DNA of 39,268 nt from Octopus bimaculoides (Eukaryota). The notes under the pieces were generated by a model. It had not been told where the DNA came from. It saw only the letters and a program-made list of their open reading frames with translations, and did not search any database. Shown piece by piece: positions 23,220 to 32,512 of this stretch. The position numbers and the translations under genes are program-made. Where the stretch lies: contig NC_068981.1 of assembly GCF_001194135.2 (NCBI RefSeq), forward strand, positions 130,522,773 to 130,562,040, in the 5' to 3' direction. Within the stretch, counting starts at the first letter, position 1; each line of letters begins with the position of its first letter.

Positions 23220-26200
23220 ATGCACATTTTGACCCTTATTGTTTTAAAAATCTTGAAAACATTTGCTTTGTTTTTGTTACTGGAGCAAATAATTGAATTT
23301 TTTTTTTTAGAATATCAGTGAGAAATAGTTTCTCTTGAGTGTCTAGTTGAAAAAATTTCTTGTCCAGTCATGTCTTTGCTATTTTGTTGCTCTAAGACTA
23401 TATGTAGTGTTAAGCATATGTGCTGTTTTAAATATTATTAGGCAAGATGCCCTTGGTAATCCTGAAACCCTTAATGGGAACAGGTCAGTATGCAGTTCTT
23501 CTTAGATTTTAGTCTTACACAACTAGCATCTTGCTTGCTATCACCTTTACAGCAGTTTATTTTTTCCCCCCATCCTGCTTTCACTGCTATATATTTATTA
23601 TTACTATTATTATTATTATTTTAAAATTTACCCTTCTGTTTTCTGAAGTGATGATAATTCTAGTTAAAATAGTTGTTTAATAATAATTATATATTTTATA
23701 CATTGCATGTTAATTCTATTTTTAAATTCCAAATTTAACTTGTAAATTCTTCATTTTCAGGAATATTATTTTTTAATTATTGTTTAATTCCTTTTAACCC
23801 ACCCCTTTATTATTATTATTATTATTATTATGGCCTAGTGGTTAGGATGTTGACTTAAGATCGCGAGATCATGATTTCAGTTTCTATTGGAGACCAGTTG
23901 GCTGAATATCTGTTGTGCATAATATAAACATGTTCTTCATGGTATAAATGTTTTACAGTATTATAAGGGGGAACCAATCTCACCATTCCTGGTATGTGTG
24001 TACTAATATAGAGTTATACTACAGGGTGATTCAAAGGTAGCCATACATAGTAACAATTTCTTTCTTTCTAAGAAACATTTTATAAAAGCATTTTTTATTT
24101 AACAAGCACTATATGGTTACCATTGTTTTGAATACACATTGCAATACGTTTACCCCACTCATTGTGGACTCGTAATAGCACATCTAGTGATACCTGTTGT
24201 TGTTGATACATGGAGACTTTTGAATCACCCTGTATATATCTACACATGCTGTTATTAAAGTGTATTGGTTTCCTTGTGTTGTAGAACTAAAGTGTAGGCC
24301 ATAGGTACAATACTTTTACTTTTCAATATTTTACACTGCTAAGGTGGTGAACTGGCAGAATTGCTAGCATGCTGGGCAAAATACCTAGTTGCATTTCGTC
24401 TGTCGTTATGTTCTAAGTTCAAATTCTGCTGGAGTCAACTTTGCCTTTCATCCTTTCAGAGTCAATAAAATAAGTACCAGTTGAGCACTGGGGTTGATGT
24501 TATCGATTTACCTCCTCCCCTGAAATTGCTGGCCATGTGCCAATATTTCACACTGCTCAGGTGGTGGTCTGGCAGAATTATTAGCACACTGGGCAAAATG
24601 CTTAGTGGCATTTCATCTGTCATTATGTTCTGAGTTCAAATTCCGTCAAGGTCATCTTTGCCTGTCATCCTTTTGGGGTTGATAAAATAAGTACCAGTTG
24701 AGCTCTGGGGTTGATGCAATCGACTTACTCCTCCCTACAAAATTGCTAAGCTTGTGCCAAAATTTGAAACCAACATTTCACGCTGCTGTGAATTAATAAT
24801 CAGGTGAAATTTTTAGAAATTTCCATGTTAAAAAATGAAAAATGTTTTTTAGTTTTCTTATTAAAAATAATAATAGAAAAAAGCTTAATCACTTCAGACT
24901 CTTTGTTCACAATTGTTAGTTGTCCATGTGTTGGTGGAACCCCAACTGTTCACTAAATTTGCCACTGAACTCACTGCAGATCTTAATCCTTCCTTTAGCA
25001 CAATCTTTCTGCAATTGATTGAAGTCAAACTAGAATTCAATATTGCACATTCTCATCATAAAATACTATTTGCTATTATTTTTCAGTGCATTGTTTCAGC
25101 AATATTTTCTCACACCGTTCTGATTAATTTACTTGTATCTGGAAGTATTTCATAAATTCCTGTTTTTGTATCATAGAAGCTGAGTACATTTCTTGTCTTG
25201 TCATAAATGTATCGCCACCAATCATTGCTGCTTCTGAAATCTTTCTTGCACACTTTATTGTGTTGACTTTTTCGGTGACTCGACCTTCAATAATAATTTT
25301 TTCACAATTTCCACTTTCACTGTACTTCCTTTGATATTCTCTCCACTAGTATCCTCAAATGTACCACAATGCATCTCATCTCCAAGAAGGGTTACTTCTC
25401 TGACCTTCCCAGGTTTCGATTAATTGTTTTCACTTCCACCATGCAAAAAGCAGTCACTAACAGTCAGCGTCTTCAACGCTTTGAGTCTCTTTCTTTTCAG
25501 AGACCTACTTGATTATTTGATTCTCTAGCAATCCTTTACCCTTGGTGACATCAGCAAAGCATTTGACTATAACTGACATTAGAATGTCCTAGCTAAGCTG
25601 CATGTCTCTGAGCTTCATTTGTTATTCATCCCTTGGATTTAAAGCTTTCTGTGAGATTATACCATTATGGCAAGCACTAGCAAGGGCTCTCTATAATCTA
25701 CATTCTGTCAAGTCTGGTGTCCCTTAACCCATTAACATTTAAAGTGGCTATATCCAGGCCATATATTTTACCTGTCTTATGTTCAAACCAGCCAAGTCAG
25801 ACCTCTTACACCAACCTTACAATGTTATTCTAAAAATAAACAATCACATCATTAGAATTTCAGAGTGCAAGGTTAATTCAAAACAAGGTGAATAAATAAG
25901 TATAACATTTGACAGAGTAATCTGAATGCTAAAGGGTTAAGATTCACTTATGTTCCTCACATTCTTCTTCTCAGGCATTAAAGACCTGCTGGCTGTCATA
26001 CTTAAGAATGCTCATTCCTATGCAGGTTATACCATTCTTCATTATTCTTCAAACCTTCCTTACACAGGCATCATCTACATATAATCTAGATATGTAAATG
26101 AAGTTAAACCTGCCTTGCCTCTTTGACTAGAGACCTTGGTAACATTCCCTACCAGGTCATATATTGATCTTGTCTCTTTGAAAATGTTCAAAGGTTCAAT

Positions 26201-28802
26201 CTCAGTTCTTATTATAGGAACAAATTTTACCTCTTTGGTTTTAGATAATATACAAAACTATCTGAGTTGTGAAATCTGTTAGATTCACTATCTCTAATTA
26301 TCTTTCTTGGTCGTCTCACATCAATAACATAGTAAAATTTGCATCCCAAAGATTCACCTTAATCTTCAGAGTCAGAAAGTACTTTGTCTCCAATCAACTG
26401 CTGACTCTTTTCCAAAGTTGTAAGATCTACAGTGGACATACTGCTCTCACATCTAGTACATTACCACCACTACACACACAAACATCTCTGGCTGCATTGA
26501 AAAGGTCACTCGTTTGAATGGCAAAAACTTACCAACTTACTACAATGTCAGGCTAGATGCAGTGTCTCTCCACTCACCCTCTTCTATTGCTATTACAATG
26601 ACCTCTGAACTTGCTATTTTCTCCATCATCCACACCTTACTGTATCCATCCCTTTAGGTCTCCACTAAATACTTTATCCAAATCTTCCATTGAAGAACAC
26701 CAATGGATTTCTGTTTCCAGCTTTGAAATAATTTCCATCCATTGTAAATCCACCAAAGCCTACTTGATTATTCAAATCACTCACCCCTGCTCACCATATC
26801 AAATACTTTGCCTAATAATTCTTTCTTTTTGGAACAATGGATCTTGAATCACATAAAGCTATAAATAATAGCATGAAGGTTGATTATGTGACACAAACCC
26901 AAGTCTGCTGTAGATAGGCCTTCAGAAAATGTTGGTTTGCACCTGACTTGCAGCCGTCACCTTTTCCTGTCCAGAAGAGTTTTTCAATCCAATATTGAAG
27001 TGCTATTATTTATAGTTTTATGTGATTCAAGACCCACTGTTCCAAATAAATGAAAAAAAAAACAACTTTTTTTTCACATTCTGTTGATGAAAGAATTTAT
27101 GTCATCAACCTTACCTAATATTTTCTTTTTTATATGTAGTTTTCTATATGTATTATTTTCTCTGCCACTTACAAATGTACAAAGATTCAAAGTGACTATT
27201 CATAATACTAACCCCATTCAACTATGCTTAGACTAAAAACAAACAAACAAACAAAAAAATCCTCTTTTGTCGACTACTAGAGAAGTACTTCTATAAGTGA
27301 GTTTAATATTTTTAGCCTGTCTCAAGATGTAAACAAAATTGTTTTTCTATTTCTAGTATAATCATTCCTAAGTCTTCTGTATGACCTTTCATTTATACTC
27401 TGTAATTAAATTGTTCTTATCTCAGTAGTGTTGATAAAATGCTCAAGTGTTCCTCTCACCTTCCCTCAACTGTAATTAATTCCCTTGTATAATAGAAGAG
27501 CTCTGTGCATGCATTTGCCCATGTACACCTGTCTCTCTCTCTCTCACTTATATTTTCATTAATGGTTTTGTCTGGCAGAAATGGCTGTGTCCATGGCCTT
27601 TATTGCAAGTTCCTCATCTAGAACCAGTAAAATCAGTACAGTTGATTATCCATTTTAAATAGTTGCAAGTTGGTGGCTGTGGGGAAAAACATGGGCAAAG
27701 AGGAAATTTGAAGAGGGATGACATTTTTAGGAGGAATACCTGTATGTAATAGTTAATACAGGATATGGTAGATGAGTGGACACAACAGGGTAAGAAAAGG
27801 AAGAGGGTTAAGTATATAAAGTGGGCCTGAGTAAAGGTGACAAAAGACCAGCAACTGCCAAGGAATTTATTTTACAGACATTTCATCATATTTGAGCTGC
27901 CCACTCTTTTGGCTTATGAATTTGGCCAGTCTTCTATATAATTTTAATGGTGCTATATTCATTGCCAATCAGATTCTAGGCTATTGTTTTTTCTTCTTGA
28001 TCTTTGTTTTTTTTTTTTGGTAATATATCATATAATCTTTCAGTTTGTATAGTTTCAACTACAAGTTTTAATTTTTCTTGAAATTTGTTTTCTTCTGCTC
28101 ACTAAAAATATTCACATAACATCTTATATAAAATAGATCAGTCAGTAACCTATATAATCAATAGATCAATATTCCATACAATTTCTCTTCTTGTCTTCAG
28201 TACTTCAACATTATGATGAAAGTGTTCACACCTGTGCCTGAGTGTTAGTTATTCAGGCACAGATGTGGGTTAAGCAAAGGCATGGCTGTGTGGTATGAAG
28301 CTTACTTTCCAACCATGTCATCTTGGGTGTAGTCCCAATGTGCAACACCTTGGGCAAGTGTCTGCTATAGTGCTGGACTGGCCAAAATCTTCTGAGTGGA
28401 TTTGGCTGACAGAAACTGAAAGGAACCCATCTTTAAAAGACCTCTGCATTTTCAAATCCTCTTCCTATATATTTTCACTTGCGCAGTACCTTCGAAATAA
28501 CAGTTTAGCTAGGTGTAAAAGCATCTAAGGGATATTAAATATCTGAAGAATTTACTGGTTTATATTACCTATATCAATAACAATGTTACTTCAATAGGCA
28601 AATAAAATAAAATAAACATATAGTTTATTAATATATAAGCATAAATCAGAAATGGTAAAACAAGACAAAACAATAAATTGAACTATTATATATTCAATTC
28701 AATTTAAATATTTTAAGAGATGTGTCATTTATTTGTATAAAATATTTAAATTTAATTGAATATATAATTGTTCAATTGTTTTGTTTTGTTTTTCCATTTC
28801 TG

Positions 28803-28835
<33 letters not shown>

Positions 28836-31800
28836 TGCATGTGTGTTTGTATGTATTCTTGTCTAGGCATTATGTAATGGTTGTAAATAAGCATCATCAT
28901 CTTACAAATGAAGTTGTTTGTTTCCAGTCTTTTGTGAAAAACATGTCTAGCTATGGGAAAATATCAACTTGCTTGGAGACAGGTGAGAATTGGAGACAAG
29001 AAGTGCATCCAGCCATAGAAAATCTGCCTCAACAAATTCTATCTGACCTATGCAAGCTTGGAAAGTGGGCATTAAATAATGATAATGATGATTTCTAACT
29101 TGCCTTATTGAGACATTCTAAATCACTTTTAATGTAAACTTCATGACTCAAATTGCTGCTCTGGACACACAGCATCTTTGTCAGTTAACCATGATATATG
29201 ATAGGAAGTTATTACAGCTCATAATACAGAACAGGGAAACCTAATTAGATAAATGAGAGGAGAATAGGTGAATCAGACAGGAATGCCTACATGGAGGTGG
29301 TATGAACCCAGCAGCTCCAAGGAGTACAACCTATTGTAATAATGGTAGAAAGGCAGAGAGAAGAGACGGTGCACCACTAGGCTAGAAGTATTGGTATAAA
29401 TGTGGAATCAGAGTAGAGTAACAATAAGTTTTGAAGCAGTTGCTTTTAAATATTCTACTTCTCTCTGATTTTCAAAGAGACATTCACATCCACCAGGTGG
29501 CTGACCTTCATGAATGTACAAGCTTTCTCTTATCAATCCCAAATAACTACATCAGACATGTTATGTGTGCACTTGTTCCGCCACTATACTTTGTCCTTTT
29601 GTGTATTTGATAAGTTGGACATATTTATATTTGTCCTGTATAGTCTTTCCTACAGATGGCACTGTGTACTGTTTTAGCATTAACATCTGTTGCAAAAGCC
29701 TTGATGACGTATTTGGTCAGTTACTGATCACATTTCCACAGAATTGTGGTGTAATTGAAATATTTTGGTTGCATCTTGGTGGTTTAGGTGGCTTCACTAC
29801 CACTTTTGTATTTTGTACATCAGATACTCCTGGATTGCAAGAGTCTAATCTTTGAGATGTGATGTGATGTAATAAGTCATGAGTCCAAGAGAAGCTACTC
29901 TTCATGTTAATATTATCATCCTTCTTAAATTTCTTGGAAACAAAACCATACATTAGATTTTTGTGGTATGCTGAGTGTTTGTCTTTCAGGTCTTTGTTGC
30001 AGATGCTAATCCTGCAGCTCTTATTTCACAAGAATGGTCATCAGGAAGTGAGTTACTTCTTGGGATGTTTACTGCTGGTTTGCAGGTTGTTTTTTGCTTT
30101 ACTTTTGTTCATTTGGTAGATGTATATTTGCTGCTGCTGTTTAGCAGACGCTCTCCAAATGATGCCATATCAGACTCAAACATTTCCTCCCTCTTTTCTT
30201 CCAAGAAAAAGTCTATAAATATCACTGTTACTATGGAAGTTTCCTGTTGATGTCATGGATTTTCTCTATAGATTGGTCAGCTTTTCCTCCATATCAATAC
30301 TGTTACTGCAAATGATTGAGGAATATTGTTGCAAGTGGAAAGCTTTGATTGTTATATTTTTTAATCTGGTACAATGTTCTTTGGTTGCTTTATCTTAGTT
30401 CACAGCACCTTTGCATCATATTTCATCAAAACCTAGCTATTTGTAGCATTCATAGTGTGGAAACAGAGGAAATAGAAAATCCATTGATGCAAAGGTTTGA
30501 TGTTATTTTTCCATATTCAGCTATCAAATCTGAACATTTCTTTAGGTCAAATTGCATCCCAATATCAGCAGAGAATATTGTCAATAAATCATACTGTTAT
30601 CACAATTGTAAATATTTCAAGTATAGATCTTTATATCGTCCTCAAAGAATTTATGAGTTTTTATTAGTGTCTCTTGTTGTATACCCTTGCACATAAAAGA
30701 ACCTGGCAGTGGATTTAGAGCCAAAATAAACCCAGATAGGCTGACTCTTTGGAATATTCCCTTTGAAATATGACATTGAAGGCAATCATTTCACTTTCAG
30801 TTACAAGTGTGAGAATTGTAGATAGGTTTTTTGTGACCCTTTCAATGACAGCAACTAAGGCAGCAGGTATTTATTGTCAACTGCAGTGACTTCAGCAGCC
30901 TTGAATAGGGAATGGAATTGAATGCCTCTATATGGATGAATTAATTTTTGTACTGTTGTACTGTTGTTCCCCACCTTTTTTTTTTTTTAGTGCAGATCCC
31001 CTCCACTCAGTGTCTTTTTTAAAAAAGCCAGCTCATGTGTTAACTCGCCTGTTAATTCTCAAATGTATCACTTTATGTTGTAGTCATCCACTTTCCCAAA
31101 CTTCCTGCCAACTACAATTAATTCTCTCTTATTTGTTTTACTCTTGCTACATCTTTTTTCTGTTTTATTCTGAAGAAGCTCTAAGTAATGATTAAAAAAA
31201 AAAAAAAAAAGTGAACTTTATTCTTTTAAATAACAGTGAAAGATGAGTTGTCTAGGTGTAATTTTCTTATATAATTGCATTTTTTTTTATGTTTTCTCTG
31301 TTATTATTCATGAATTTTGTTTCTGAATATTTTGGAAAATGATAGAAAAACAATTATCATTTGCTTTATGTCTCACAAATTTTTAAAGAAGTAATCTATC
31401 TGAAAAACCGCACCTGTAAATGTCAGTTAGGCAGTAATGTTCAAATTAAACAGTAATTTGATTAGTGATCCATTCAGTTGTGTCAAGAATAATTCTTTAT
31501 CATCCTTATAACAGTCTTGGGTAACAAATATCAGTTGTTACTCTTTTATATCATCATAATATCAGTACCAATACTTATTTGATATGAGAAGAATTTAACT
31601 ACCTTCATAATTCCTGTCTTTTGTTTCTTAACCGTTTAAAATCTGATTTTCTGTTTCTCTTTTCTATCAATTTAGTTTCGGTGTTCAGTTACTAGTTCAG
31701 TTTTTATTTTCATTTCATTTTAATTTTCTTTCCGCACTTTAGTTTGTATTTTGTGAAATGTGTAGCTGTTCTTCTTGAACAGTTTGATGAGCTTAGTCTC

Positions 31801-32454
31801 ATTTGATGCACATCAGTTGCTAACGAGTCTTATTATTTGATTGACTTGAATCGCCTGCCACAAATGATTGAAAAAAGAAAAAAAAAAGAAAGAAAAAAAT
31901 CAAAAGAATTTGCTTTTATATTTTTTTCAAACAATGCACTTACTCTCTTCAGATTTTGTTGCAAACTGCATTTGAATATTTTTGTTCTTTTAATTTTTAT
32001 GAATATTTTTTGTATATAGAATGATTTAGTGTACTGATATGATTAAATTATATATTTTGAAAATTATATACAATTAATATATATATATATATATATANNN
32101 NNNNNNNNNNNNNNNNNNNNNNNNNNNNNNNNNNNNNNNNNNNNNNNNNNNNNNNNNNNNNNNNNNNNNNNNNNNNNNNNNNNNNNNNNNNNNNNNNNNN
32201 NNNNNNNNNNNNNNNNNNNNNNNNNNNNNNNNNNNNNNNNNNNNNNNNNNNNNNNNNNNNNNNNNNNNNNNNNNNNNNNNNNNNNNNNNNNNNNNNNNNN
32301 NNNNNNNNNNNNNNNNNNNNNNNNNNNNNNNNNNNNNNNNNNNNNNNNNNNNNNNNNNNNNNNNNNNNNNNNNNNNNNNNNNNNNNNNNNNNNNNNNNNN
32401 NNNNNNNNNNNNNNNNNNNNNNNNNNNNNNNNNNNNNNNNNNNNNNNNNNNNNN

Positions 32455-32512
<58 letters not shown>

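Noticed and set aside
29990-30047. Exon-like segment tttcag|GTC...GGAA|gtgagt (58 nt, or 45 nt from 30003) between NDRG exons
   Set aside because: The required phase is 2-2. The 58-nt form shifts frame and the 45-nt form gives an immediate TAA. It lies antisense inside the R4/Dong remnant. At most a rare poison exon, and there is no evidence for that.
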